Source: Chloroflexota bacterium
Lineage (GTDB): Bacteria > Chloroflexota > Dehalococcoidia > UBA2979
NCBI GenBank assembly: GCA_002707835.1
Contig: PANZ01000004.1
Location: forward strand, 1-46,892
Direction of reading: 5' to 3'
Length of the DNA: 46,892 nucleotides
The notes beneath the pieces are model-generated. The model was not told the DNA's origin, did no database searches, and saw nothing but the letters and a program-made list of their open reading frames with translations. Positions within the stretch are counted from its first letter, which is position 1. Each line of letters opens with the position of its first letter. A program made the translations under genes and the position numbers. Positions 18,157-28,141 of this stretch are shown in pieces.

Positions 18157-19146
18157 TTAAATTGCCTGAGCCGCATCTATATATGTAGGGACTTTTTCCT
18201 CTTCAAATATTTGATCAATTTGTGATCTAACTTCATCAGATAGACGCCAATCTGCAGCAGCAACATTTTCTTGTAATTCTTGTTTGTTTCTCATCCCAAC
18301 TAACGCAACAGAAACTGCAGAATTACCTAATACCCAAGCAATTGCAAGTTGCGGTAGTGATTTACCATGTTCTGCAGCTAATTTTTTTAGTCTTTCTGAT
18401 ACACGTATTTCTTTCTCAAAATCATCAGGTTGAAAAAGTGGAAGTCCAAATGCAACACCACGACTTCTCCAATCCCAATCTACAAAACGAGTCTCAGTGG
18501 TGAAAGCACCAGATAACAACCCGAAACCAAGACTTCCATAGGCCATAAAGCCAGTGTTGCTTTCCTTACAATATGGAAGTACTGCTGATTCCATCCTGCG
18601 ATCAAACATGTGGTATCCAACTTGATTTGCAGCAAGTGAGCCATTTTTTTCACATTCCTGCATCATTTCAACTGTGAAGTTTGAAACGCCGTAGTGACGA
18701 ATTTTTCCAGATTTTTTTAGTTCTTCCAATCCTTGCATTGTTTCATCAAATGGGGTGTCATGATCGGGCCAATGGATTAACAATAGGTCAATGACGTCAG
18801 TTTGCAATCTATTTAAGCATGCCTCTGCTCGTTCAATAATATGTTCTTTTTTAGAGTTTCTACCAATATTTTTTGGGGTGTCGTCATATTCAAATCCAAC
18901 TTTTGTAACTAAGGTAATATCTTTTCTTCTCGGTCCAAGTGCTTTTGCTAGCAATTCTTCAGAATGATAAGGTCCATATACTTCGGCCGTGTCAAACAAT
19001 GTAATCCCTGCATCGATTGCTTGATTAACAGCTAAAGCAGCTTCATTAACGTCAATTTCTCCGTATGCAGTAGTGCTCATTTCCCAGGTTCCAAAACCTA
19101 CTGCAGAAACAATTAAGTCGGTATTACCAATTTGTCGCTGTTCCAT
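18157..19146 (-). CDS. aldo/keto reductase
   Basis: GFGTWE, LFDTAEVYG, IDLLLIHWPD and HYGVSNF motifs. GGGAGGA RBS. Confidence 0.92.
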   Translation of the reverse strand: MEQRQIGNTDLIVSAVGFGTWEMSTTAYGEIDVNEAALAVNQAIDAGITLFDTAEVYGPYHSEELLAKALGPRRKDITLVTKVGFEYDDTPKNIGRNSKKEHIIERAEACLNRLQTDVIDLLLIHWPDHDTPFDETMQGLEELKKSGKIRHYGVSNFTVEMMQECEKNGSLAANQVGYHMFDRRMESAVLPYCKESNTGFMAYGSLGFGLLSGAFTTETRFVDWDWRSRGVAFGLPLFQPDDFEKEIRVSERLKKLAAEHGKSLPQLAIAWVLGNSAVSVALVGMRNKQELQENVAAADWRLSDEVRSQIDQIFEEEKVPTYIDAAQAI

Positions 19147-19193
19147 AAAATCCTCCCTAGCTAGGAGTGCATACTAACTAAAAATCCAAATTT

Positions 19194-20273
19194 TTAGTAG
19201 TTTGACTCAACCGTTACCTTAATCGATCCACTTTTTTTATTTCCTGCCAACTCTATACCTTTTGCCACGTCTTCCAAAGGTACACGGTGTGTAATCAATT
19301 TTGCCATTTTCTCTCTATGTGAACTGAGAAGCTGTGTAGCTATTTCATAGTCATGATGGAATCCTATATAGCCATAGAAAATTGTTCCTGCAATTCTGAG
19401 TTGTTTTGAGACAATTGATCTTGCTGGAAGGGGGTTATCTCCAGAGAAAACACCCAAAAGAAGAATTTTCCCTCCAATGCGCGAAATACGTGATGCTAAT
19501 GTTGGTGTTTGTGCCGTTCCACCAACTGTTTCCATAACTAAGTCCACAGGATTTTGTTTTGACCAGTGTTCCAATCGCTCAGGACCATCTTCATCTGACG
19601 GGAAGACGTGTGTTGCTCCTAGCATTTTTGCGGCTTCGATTTGTTGAGGATATCTTGCTGTAACTGCAATATCTCCTGCACCAGCTTGTCTGGCATAAAA
19701 GACTGACATTAATCCAATCGGCCCTGCTCCAAGTATTACTACTCTTTCGCCGTGAGTTGTAGTCATAGGATCAAGTTGTGTTGCCACACGATGACCGTGA
19801 ACAGCAACTGATAGAGGCTCGGCAAGAGCAGCAATTGCAAAATCTAAATCATCATCAACAGGAAATAGATTTACTTCTGGTACAACTAATGTCTCTCTAA
19901 AACCCCCAGGCAATTGCGTTCCATTGGTGAAAAATGTTGCACCGTGTAATCCTCCTGCATTTTGACATAATTCAGTTCGTCCACCTTGACATGATGAACA
20001 AATACCACAAAATAGACGAGGTTGAAACGCTACACGTTGACCTATTTTGACTCTGGTGACTTTGTCTCCAATTGATTCTACTTCCCCTGCTATTTCATGT
20101 CCCAATACTCGACCTGCAGTCCATTTTTCAGGTTCACGATATGCATGAAGATCTGAGCCACAAATTCCACTAGCTTTAATTTTAATCAATACTTCATTTG
20201 ATTGTGGTTCTCGTTCATCGAATTCTACGATATCGAATGAAGATGGATTTTTTGTTGTTACAGCTTGTTTCAT
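19194..20273 (-). CDS. zinc-dependent medium-chain alcohol/polyol dehydrogenase
   Basis: GICGSDLH and GHEIAGEV zinc motifs, a structural-Zn Cys cluster (CGICSSCQGG...C) and the GAGPIGL Rossmann loop. The ATG at 20273 follows GGAGA; the upstream 12 codons are rejected. Confidence 0.9.
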   Translation of the reverse strand: MKQAVTTKNPSSFDIVEFDEREPQSNEVLIKIKASGICGSDLHAYREPEKWTAGRVLGHEIAGEVESIGDKVTRVKIGQRVAFQPRLFCGICSSCQGGRTELCQNAGGLHGATFFTNGTQLPGGFRETLVVPEVNLFPVDDDLDFAIAALAEPLSVAVHGHRVATQLDPMTTTHGERVVILGAGPIGLMSVFYARQAGAGDIAVTARYPQQIEAAKMLGATHVFPSDEDGPERLEHWSKQNPVDLVMETVGGTAQTPTLASRISRIGGKILLLGVFSGDNPLPARSIVSKQLRIAGTIFYGYIGFHHDYEIATQLLSSHREKMAKLITHRVPLEDVAKGIELAGNKKSGSIKVTVESNY

Positions 20274-20373
20274 GCTAAATCTCCATATGTACGGGGGATT
20301 AATTTTCATAATACTGGTCAGATTACTGTATGAAGTCTATTCTCATTTCATCAGAATAACTAGGAGTGGGTTG

Positions 20374-21150
20374 ATGCAGAAAAATTTTGAAGAAAAAATT
20401 GTAATTGTTACCGGTGCTGCGGGAGGAATTGGTTTTGCTGCATGTCAAAAATTTTTAGCGCTAGGAGCTAGAGTAGTCAGGGTTGATATGGACCAACAAG
20501 CCCTTGAAAATACTGCAAAACAACTAGGTCAATATGATGGAAGAGCTATTGAAATTGTTGCAGATATGACTCTTACTAATGATGTGGAGAAGATCGTTTC
20601 AACAACAGTTAGTACATTCGGAAGAATAGATTGTTTTTTTAATAATGCAGGGATTGAAGGTGTAATACAACCAATAACACAATACCCGGAAGAGATATTT
20701 GATAAAGTCATTGCGGTCAATGTTAAGGGTGTTTGGCTTGGATTAAAATATGTAGGCGAGGTGATGTTAAAACAACATTCTGGAGTGATTGTGAATACAG
20801 CTTCTACTGCAGGACTTGGTGCTACTGTTGATATGGTTGCTTATGGCGCAAGTAAACATGCTGTAGTAGGGATGACTAAATCAGCAGCAGTTGAATGGGG
20901 TCCCGAGGGTATTCGCGTAAATGCTGTAGCACCTGGTCCTACCGAAACTCGAATGATGAGATCAATTGAAAGACAAAGAAACCCTGATGATCCTGATGAT
21001 GTACACGTGCAATACGCTGCCAGATCAGCATTAAAGCGTTACGGAGATCCTGAAGAAATAGCAGATTTAGTGGTTTATCTATGCAGTGATGAAGCTTCAT
21101 ATATAACAGGTACAATAATTCCCGTAGACGGAGGAAGACGTGCTAATTAA
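20374..21150 (+). CDS. short-chain dehydrogenase/reductase
   Basis: TGAAGGIG, NNAG and YGASK. The ATG at 20374 follows AGGAG at a 7-nt spacing. The track start at 20272 would overlap the divergent ADH gene. Confidence 0.92.
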   Translation: MQKNFEEKIVIVTGAAGGIGFAACQKFLALGARVVRVDMDQQALENTAKQLGQYDGRAIEIVADMTLTNDVEKIVSTTVSTFGRIDCFFNNAGIEGVIQPITQYPEEIFDKVIAVNVKGVWLGLKYVGEVMLKQHSGVIVNTASTAGLGATVDMVAYGASKHAVVGMTKSAAVEWGPEGIRVNAVAPGPTETRMMRSIERQRNPDDPDDVHVQYAARSALKRYGDPEEIADLVVYLCSDEASYITGTIIPVDGGRRAN

Positions 21151-21173
21151 GTCTATATCGAAAGGTAAAAGAG

Positions 21174-22265
21174 ATGACAGCTGAACATGATGATAATCGT
21201 CGAATACTTGAACGTTTATCAAATGCACTGGGCCCAACAGGATTTGAAGGACCGGTACGAGAAATTGTGAGAGAAGAACTTGAATTAGTAGTCGATTCAA
21301 TTGGAAATGATGGATTAGGATCAGTTATCTCAGAATTAAAAGGTGCTTCTTCTTCTCCACGCATCATGTTTGCTGCACATATGGATGAATTGGGGCTAAT
21401 GGTTCGAAGAATTACCCCAGAAGGGTACATAAAAATTCAACCTTTAGGTGGTTGGTTAGATCAAGCATTGATTAACCAACGTTGGATTATACTCACACGT
21501 GAAGGTGAGGTTCCTGGTGTGAGTGGTATTAAAACTCCACATGTAATGTCTCAAGATGCACGATCGAAAATATTTAAGCGTGATGACATATTTATCGATG
21601 TGGGTGCAAGTTCAAAAGAAGATGCTGAAGATCGCTTAAATATTCGTCCTGGTGATGCAATCGCACCAGCATCATATTTTCAAGAAATGGAAGGTAATTG
21701 CCTATATATGGGCAAAGCTTGGGATGATCGTGCCGGAGTTGCAGTAATGCTGCAAACTATAAAAAGATTAAAGCAATTAGGTCATCCCAATACTGTTTAT
21801 GGAGTTGCAACTGTACAAGAAGAAGTTGGACTAAGAGGTGCTCAGACAAGTGCATTTGCAGTATCTCCGGATATAGGTATCTCTCTTGAATCAGGTGTCG
21901 CTGGAGACTATCCAGGTATTACTGCTGATGAAGCTCAAGAATTAGTTGGAAGTGGCCCAGGTATTTTCCTTCATGACTCTTCGATGTTACCTAATAACCG
22001 CTTACGTGATTTAGTTGTGGATATCGCCCAAGATCTTAATATCCCTTTGCAGTTCAATGTTTTAAGTGGGTATGGGCAAGATGGTGCAGCTATACAGAAA
22101 ACAGGTGCTGGTGTCCCTGCGATTAATGTGACAGTACCGACACGATATTTACATAGTCATACCGGAGTAATCCATCGAGATGACGTTGAAGGTGCTATAC
22201 AACTTATGGTGGAGCTAGTCCGGCGTCTGGATGACATGACTGTTGAAAAAATAAAGCAATTTTAA
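21174..22265 (+). CDS. M42 family metallo-aminopeptidase (FrvX / glutamyl aminopeptidase-like)
   Basis: FAAHMDELGLMV, KAWDDRAG and VQEEVGLRGA motifs of the M42 family. Confidence 0.88.
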   Translation: MTAEHDDNRRILERLSNALGPTGFEGPVREIVREELELVVDSIGNDGLGSVISELKGASSSPRIMFAAHMDELGLMVRRITPEGYIKIQPLGGWLDQALINQRWIILTREGEVPGVSGIKTPHVMSQDARSKIFKRDDIFIDVGASSKEDAEDRLNIRPGDAIAPASYFQEMEGNCLYMGKAWDDRAGVAVMLQTIKRLKQLGHPNTVYGVATVQEEVGLRGAQTSAFAVSPDIGISLESGVAGDYPGITADEAQELVGSGPGIFLHDSSMLPNNRLRDLVVDIAQDLNIPLQFNVLSGYGQDGAAIQKTGAGVPAINVTVPTRYLHSHTGVIHRDDVEGAIQLMVELVRRLDDMTVEKIKQF

Positions 22266-22283
22266 ATAAGAAATAACTAATTA

Positions 22284-25200
22284 TTACCAAGTATCAATAT
22301 AGGGTCTTTTCTTATTAGTCCGTTTTGGAACAGGTGGGAGACTACGTAACCCGTTGGCAATCCATCTCCGTGTATCTGCAGGATCAATAACATCATCGAT
22401 ACCAAAATAGATTGCTGTATTTACCGCTTTAGCATTTTCATATTTTTCAGCAACCATTCTTTCATAAGCATCTATTCTTTCATCAGGATTCTCTATGGCA
22501 GCAAGATCGTCGCGATATCCAAGTTTTACAGCCCCTTCAATATTCATTCCCGCAAATTCTGCGGTTGGCCATGCAACAGTGAAAAATGGCACTAAAGAGC
22601 TAGCTCCACACATCGCTTGCACTCCTAGTCCATATGATTTTCTTATTACGATACCAAACATGGGGACGGACAAATTAGCCCCAGTGTTAAACATTCGTGC
22701 ACAGTGTCTGACTAAAGCCGTTCTTTCAACTTCAGGACCTACCATCATGCCTGGACAATCCATCAAACTAATAACAGGAAGATCGAAAGCGTCACATAAT
22801 TGAAGGAATCTTGCTCCTTTATCTGCTCCGTCACTATCGATAGCACCTGCAAGATGATGAGGGTTGTTTGCGATTAACCCGAGAGGTTTTCCTTCTATGC
22901 GAATGAAACAAGTAATAATCCCTACACCAAAATTTTCTCTGATTTCAAGGACTGAATCTTTATCGGCTAATGTTTTTATTATTTCCCGCATGTTGTACAT
23001 GCGTAGACGATTTTCAGGCACTATGTGTCGCATTGATCTTTGATCTGATTCCTCCCAATTTTCAATAGATCCTTGAAAGTATGATAAATATTTTTTTGCA
23101 ACACTTGTGGCTTCAGTTTCATCTTTGACAAGAATATCGACAACTCCATTTGGAACTTGAAAAGACATAGGTCCAACTTCTTCCGGTGTATAAACACCTA
23201 AGTTGCCTCCTTCAATCATGGCTGGTCCGCCCATTGCAATAGTCGAGTTCTCTGTTGCGATAATTACATCACAGCAGGCAAGTAGTGCGGTGTTTCCAGC
23301 GAAACAGCGCCCTGAATTGACGCCTACTAAAGGCACTAAACCACTAAGTTTTGAAAATTGTGTGAATGTGTAGGTATCAACTGCAGCGCTACCTTCTCGT
23401 CCTGTATCACCAGGTCGTCCACCACCACCTTCAGAGTACAGAATCACAGGAAGCATGTATCGATGAGCAAGGTCGTACATACGGTCTTGTTTATAGTGGT
23501 TGCGATTACCTTGCGTTCCTGCAAAAACTGTGTAGTCATAATGCACTGCAATGGATCTCGCATTTTCTTTGCCAACTAAATCTTCATTGATTTGACCTGT
23601 CCCAGCCACTAAACCATCAGCAGGAGTTCGTTCACGTAGCCATTGTTCCGTCCTACGTGAACGCTGTGCTGCTACTACTAAAGGACCAAATTCAGTAAAT
23701 GTATCTGCATCGAATAGATCACTTAAATTTTCCCGTGCTGTACGTTGTCCTTTTGAGTGTCTACGTTCAACTGCGTCAGGTCGATTTTCATCAAAAATAT
23801 ATGATCGACGTTCATTAAGTTCCTCCAAATCGGAACGAATGAAATCGAGGTCGATATTATCATTAGAACCTTCATATTCATCTGTGCTGTCTATTTCCTC
23901 CACGTAAATTAGTGCAAAACCTTCTCGAATGACATCTCCTATTGATATATGTACTTCTCGTACAATACCTGAACAACTTGCTTCGATGACATGTTCCATT
24001 TTCATAGCTTCCATTACTGCTATGGGTTGTCCTTTTAAGACTCGATCTCCCTCTGCAACATTAATTTCTAAAATGGTTCCTTGAATTGGCGCAAATATTC
24101 CTTCAACACCTTCAGTATCAATTGACTGACTTGTGTTCTGTTGTACTTCATTTGTTTGCAGATTTTGTGAATGTTTTACAGCTGCATCGTGTGCAAAAAG
24201 CGCTAGGGGATCTTTGCTTTCAATTTGTGCTCCCGCAAATCCAGTATCATTCTCGACCTTTGCAGTTGTATTGATTGAATATCGTTGTTCGATCAATGCT
24301 GAATTTTCAACTAATTCCTTTATGTTTTCATCAATAAAGCGTGTGTAGAAATTACCAGTTATAAAATCTTGGTGTTTTAGGATTGTTTGTAAAAATTGAA
24401 TATTGGTGGTGATTCCTTCTATTCGAAATTCATTGAGTGCTCTAAGTGATTTTGCTGCTGCTTTTTCAAATTGTGAGGATTTCGAATGGATGATTAGCTT
24501 TGCTAGTAGAGAGTCAAAAGATGGACTTGTTTCATAACCTGTGTAACCAAAACCATCTACTCTAATTCCCGGTCCCCCTGGTATGTCGTAGGCAGTTAGT
24601 ACTCCACCTGATGGTCGAATATTTCCATTATTATCGAATGCTTCCATATTGACTCGAGTTTGAATAGAGTATCCCGTCGTAGTGATATTTTTTTGTTCAT
24701 CCAAGCCAAGATCCTTGAGGCTTACGCCCTGTGCAATATGAAGTTGCGATTGGACAATATCTACACCAGTGACTTCTTCAGTGACAGTATGTTCGACTTG
24801 AAGACGTGCATTAGCCTCTATAAAAACGAAGGGCTCTCCTCCTTCATCAGAATTAGTATTTACCAAAAATTCAAAAGTTCCTAAACTTTGGTAATTCACT
24901 TTTTTTGCAAACTGTACAGCGGCGGTACTAATTTTTTCTCTTAATGCTTCAGGAAGATATGGTGCCGGTGCGATTTCAATTAATTTTTGGTGGCGTCGTT
25001 GCACACTACATTCTCGTTCACCTAGATGTATTATTTTACCAGTATGGTCACCAATGATTTGTACTTCTATGTGTCGAGCCCTAGGTAAAAATTCTTCGAT
25101 ATATAAGTCTTCATTTCCAAAAGCAATTCTTGCCTCAACTTGACAGCTCTTAAATGCACTTTCAAGCTCAGCTAAATCAGTTACTGCACGACTCCCTCGC

Positions 25201-25697
25201 CCTCCTCCTCCAGCCATTGCTTTGATCATTACAGCAGGATTTGATCCTAATGATTGAAAAAATTCAGAAGCTTCTTCTAATGTTATTGAGTGACTGATTC
25301 CATTTAGGGTGGGGATGCCAATTTCTTTGGCTGCAGCAATTGCCTGACCTTTATTACCAAACAATTCTAAATTCTCAATTGAAGGCCCTACAAAAACTAG
25401 ACCTTCTTCTTTACAGCGTTGTGCGAACAGAGAATTTTCAGACAAAAACCCATAACCTGGATGAATTGCATCACATCCATTAATTTTTGCTTGTTCAATG
25501 ATGTTTTCAATATTGAGATAAGCAGTGGCCCCTTTTTCTTCTAATGAAATTGAGTTATCAGCAGCTTGAGTATGTATTGAATTAGCGTCATCAGTCGAAA
25601 AGATTGCTGTAGTTTTTATTCCTATGTCTTCAGCTGCACGGATTATTCGAATAGCTATTTCACCACGATTTGCGACTAGTAGATTTGAAAGCACCAT
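22284..25697 (-). CDS. single-chain biotin-dependent acyl-CoA carboxylase (biotin carboxylase + BCCP + carboxyltransferase fused, LCC-like)
   Basis: The first ~450 aa form an ATP-grasp biotin carboxylase (MAGGGGRG, EANARLQVEHTVTE). The biotinyl domain has AVMEAMKMEH (Lys codon at 24000-24002). The C-terminal ~520 aa form a crotonase-fold carboxyltransferase (AccD/PccB-like). AAGGAAA RBS. Confidence 0.92.
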   Translation of the reverse strand: MVLSNLLVANRGEIAIRIIRAAEDIGIKTTAIFSTDDANSIHTQAADNSISLEEKGATAYLNIENIIEQAKINGCDAIHPGYGFLSENSLFAQRCKEEGLVFVGPSIENLELFGNKGQAIAAAKEIGIPTLNGISHSITLEEASEFFQSLGSNPAVMIKAMAGGGGRGSRAVTDLAELESAFKSCQVEARIAFGNEDLYIEEFLPRARHIEVQIIGDHTGKIIHLGERECSVQRRHQKLIEIAPAPYLPEALREKISTAAVQFAKKVNYQSLGTFEFLVNTNSDEGGEPFVFIEANARLQVEHTVTEEVTGVDIVQSQLHIAQGVSLKDLGLDEQKNITTTGYSIQTRVNMEAFDNNGNIRPSGGVLTAYDIPGGPGIRVDGFGYTGYETSPSFDSLLAKLIIHSKSSQFEKAAAKSLRALNEFRIEGITTNIQFLQTILKHQDFITGNFYTRFIDENIKELVENSALIEQRYSINTTAKVENDTGFAGAQIESKDPLALFAHDAAVKHSQNLQTNEVQQNTSQSIDTEGVEGIFAPIQGTILEINVAEGDRVLKGQPIAVMEAMKMEHVIEASCSGIVREVHISIGDVIREGFALIYVEEIDSTDEYEGSNDNIDLDFIRSDLEELNERRSYIFDENRPDAVERRHSKGQRTARENLSDLFDADTFTEFGPLVVAAQRSRRTEQWLRERTPADGLVAGTGQINEDLVGKENARSIAVHYDYTVFAGTQGNRNHYKQDRMYDLAHRYMLPVILYSEGGGGRPGDTGREGSAAVDTYTFTQFSKLSGLVPLVGVNSGRCFAGNTALLACCDVIIATENSTIAMGGPAMIEGGNLGVYTPEEVGPMSFQVPNGVVDILVKDETEATSVAKKYLSYFQGSIENWEESDQRSMRHIVPENRLRMYNMREIIKTLADKDSVLEIRENFGVGIITCFIRIEGKPLGLIANNPHHLAGAIDSDGADKGARFLQLCDAFDLPVISLMDCPGMMVGPEVERTALVRHCARMFNTGANLSVPMFGIVIRKSYGLGVQAMCGASSLVPFFTVAWPTAEFAGMNIEGAVKLGYRDDLAAIENPDERIDAYERMVAEKYENAKAVNTAIYFGIDDVIDPADTRRWIANGLRSLPPVPKRTNKKRPYIDTW

Positions 25698-25720
25698 AGA
25701 AATTTCCTTATATTATTTTC

Positions 25721-28141
25721 TTAATTTTCCTGAGAAGTTTCATATAACGTCCCGGTAATTCTATCTTTGACTAATTCCTTATACCTTTGTATCCCGATAT
25801 CTAATTCTTGTAAAAAAACCTCTTGACTATGTTCTCCAACACAGGGTGATGGTCTAATACCTGGATTAGGTGAATGTGATAATTTCCAAGGTCGTAAAGG
25901 TAAATAAGTTGGACCTGTCTCAGGATGGTCGATTTCTTTGATAAACCCTCTGTCTAGAGAGGATTTACTTGGACTACTATAAACTTCATATAAAGGGACC
26001 ACACGCGCGGCAGCAATTCCAAGTTCACATAGATTATTCTCTAAGATTTTAGCATCTTGTTGAATAGTCCAATTCTCGATTAACAAATCTAAGCTCTTTT
26101 CATTTTTTTTACGATTTCGCATGCTGTTAAATTCAAGGTTTTTCAAATGAGGTATATCGGTGAATTGTACAAATTTTTCCCAAACATTGTCCGATTCAAT
26201 TGCTATTGCGATCCATTCATTATTCGTTGTTGGGTAAATATTATGAGGAGATATTCGAGGGTGGTGGTTGCCTTGGGGTTTTGCAATCGATCCTAACCCA
26301 TCATATTCAGCTACGGCATCTCCACATACTGTAATCATTGCTTCCAACATCGATAGTTCAATTCTTTGAGGTTTATTAATTATATCGCGCTGATATAAAG
26401 CTCCTATCACTGAACCTGCAAAATAGTAGGCAGCTACTGAATCTGGGTAGAGCCCTCCTGTATTCATACCGGCCTCATTTTCATATCCATGAATAGATGA
26501 CAAACCGGACATGGGCTCAATAGTGGTACCTATACCAGGGAAATCTTTATAAGGGCCATATGCTCCATATGATGAAATTGAAGCATAAATAATTTTGGGG
26601 CAAACTTCCTCAAGTTTTTCTAATGTAATACCCCAGCGTTCCATTACATTTGGTCTAAAATTATCTGCGAGAATGTCGAATTTTGGTAACATCTGCCAGA
26701 ACATCGACAGACCTTCTTCTTGTGATAAGTCAAGAGTAATTGCTCGTTTGTTCAGGTTTACAGAATTATAAAGACCTTGAGTATTTAGAGTGTGTTGTTT
26801 TTTGGCAGGATCTTTTATACCAGCCGGAATTGTGTCACGAGTACGCCGCCATACATCTTGTCGGTCGACTGTTTCAATTTGGATAACATCTGCACCAAGT
26901 AGTCCTAGTAGTTCAGTTCCAAAAGTACCCGACCATGCCTGTCCAAAGCTAAGTACACGAACTCCATGCAAGGGACCTTCTGAATGTGATGCGTTTTTTA
27001 CTGTTTGAGTTTTTTTTGAATTATTCGGGGATACACGTTTGAATGTCGAAGTATGTTGCCCGTGTTGAGGTGCTGATTTCTTCAGCTCCCAACTTACAGG
27101 AGTTGATTTTGTCCAGGCTCCTGGCATACGAATAGATTTGTCTAGTATAGAAGTTGTTCTTAAGAAATCACGTTGTTCTAGGTGCGGATTCTCAATGATA
27201 TCTTTCATATCTTGTACAACTCCTGAAACACATCTAAGTTCTGACAGGGCATGAAATAAGGGCCAACGTTCTAAATTGAAGAGCTCACGCGCTGCACCGG
27301 CTCGAACTGGGTCCAAATCTTTTGCATGTCGTCCTATATCTGGCACTAAATCAGGATGATCTGCGAATTCAGGAAGATTAAGTATATCCATTGCCTTTTG
27401 CCAATGATGCCAATCACCAAATGCTAAGGCTATCTGTCCGTCTGATGTTGAAAATAATGGATGAGGCTCTCCTCTTTGTCGTCCACCAGCGGGTCCATAA
27501 GTTGATCCAATACCTTGATATACCGCTGCTACTCCCCAAGGATGGACGGTAAGTGAGAATGCATCAAATTCACTGACATCTGCTAATTCATATGTTGGTG
27601 ATTGATCCTTTCGAAGTAATGCAGCGCTCGCTACCATGAAGCCGGCTATTCCAGCTATGTATCCGCTTTGTCTATTAGGCATCTGCAAAGGTGACTCATC
27701 TAGGTAGCCGTTGATATAGGCCCATCCAGTTCGTGCACTGTGAGTAAGATTATTACCAGAGACAGATGATAATTCTCCTTCGAGTCCGTGCGGTGTAATC
27801 GAAAGATGGATGGCGTTACTTTTTAATGATGCAATTAAATTTTGTAATTCTAAACTGATGGGGCTTGCCGTAGTAATAAGTATATCTGTTTGTGAAACGA
27901 GTTCGTTAATTTCATCAAGTCGCTCGTAAATTAAGGATGATTTGTTCCAATTAACATAGTTATGTAGAAGGCTATTTTCTTTTCCAGCTTCATTGTTTAT
28001 GAATGGAGGTTCATGTCTTAATGAATGTCCGAAATTTGATTCAGCTAAAATTACATCTGCACCGAGATCCCCAAACATTCTTGCAGCATAAGCTCCTGAG
28101 AGTCGGTCAGATAAATCTACGACACGTATATTTGTGTAAAT
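25721..28141 (-). CDS. tandem-fused double family III (CaiB/BaiF) CoA-transferase; start codon uncertain (first canonical ATG at 28078)
   Basis: Two complete family III modules joined by a low-complexity linker (…HGQHTSTFKRVSPNNSKKTQTVKNASHSEGPL…). The second module starts GVRVLSFGQAWSGTFGTELLGLLGADVIQIE. The matching start of the first module (NIRVVDLSDRLSGAYAARMFGDLGADVILAE) extends in frame upstream of the ATG at 28078. ATT at 28141 with AGGA 8 nt upstream is my best guess for the start. Confidence 0.8.
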   Translation of the reverse strand: MYTNIRVVDLSDRLSGAYAARMFGDLGADVILAESNFGHSLRHEPPFINNEAGKENSLLHNYVNWNKSSLIYERLDEINELVSQTDILITTASPISLELQNLIASLKSNAIHLSITPHGLEGELSSVSGNNLTHSARTGWAYINGYLDESPLQMPNRQSGYIAGIAGFMVASAALLRKDQSPTYELADVSEFDAFSLTVHPWGVAAVYQGIGSTYGPAGGRQRGEPHPLFSTSDGQIALAFGDWHHWQKAMDILNLPEFADHPDLVPDIGRHAKDLDPVRAGAARELFNLERWPLFHALSELRCVSGVVQDMKDIIENPHLEQRDFLRTTSILDKSIRMPGAWTKSTPVSWELKKSAPQHGQHTSTFKRVSPNNSKKTQTVKNASHSEGPLHGVRVLSFGQAWSGTFGTELLGLLGADVIQIETVDRQDVWRRTRDTIPAGIKDPAKKQHTLNTQGLYNSVNLNKRAITLDLSQEEGLSMFWQMLPKFDILADNFRPNVMERWGITLEKLEEVCPKIIYASISSYGAYGPYKDFPGIGTTIEPMSGLSSIHGYENEAGMNTGGLYPDSVAAYYFAGSVIGALYQRDIINKPQRIELSMLEAMITVCGDAVAEYDGLGSIAKPQGNHHPRISPHNIYPTTNNEWIAIAIESDNVWEKFVQFTDIPHLKNLEFNSMRNRKKNEKSLDLLIENWTIQQDAKILENNLCELGIAAARVVPLYEVYSSPSKSSLDRGFIKEIDHPETGPTYLPLRPWKLSHSPNPGIRPSPCVGEHSQEVFLQELDIGIQRYKELVKDRITGTLYETSQEN

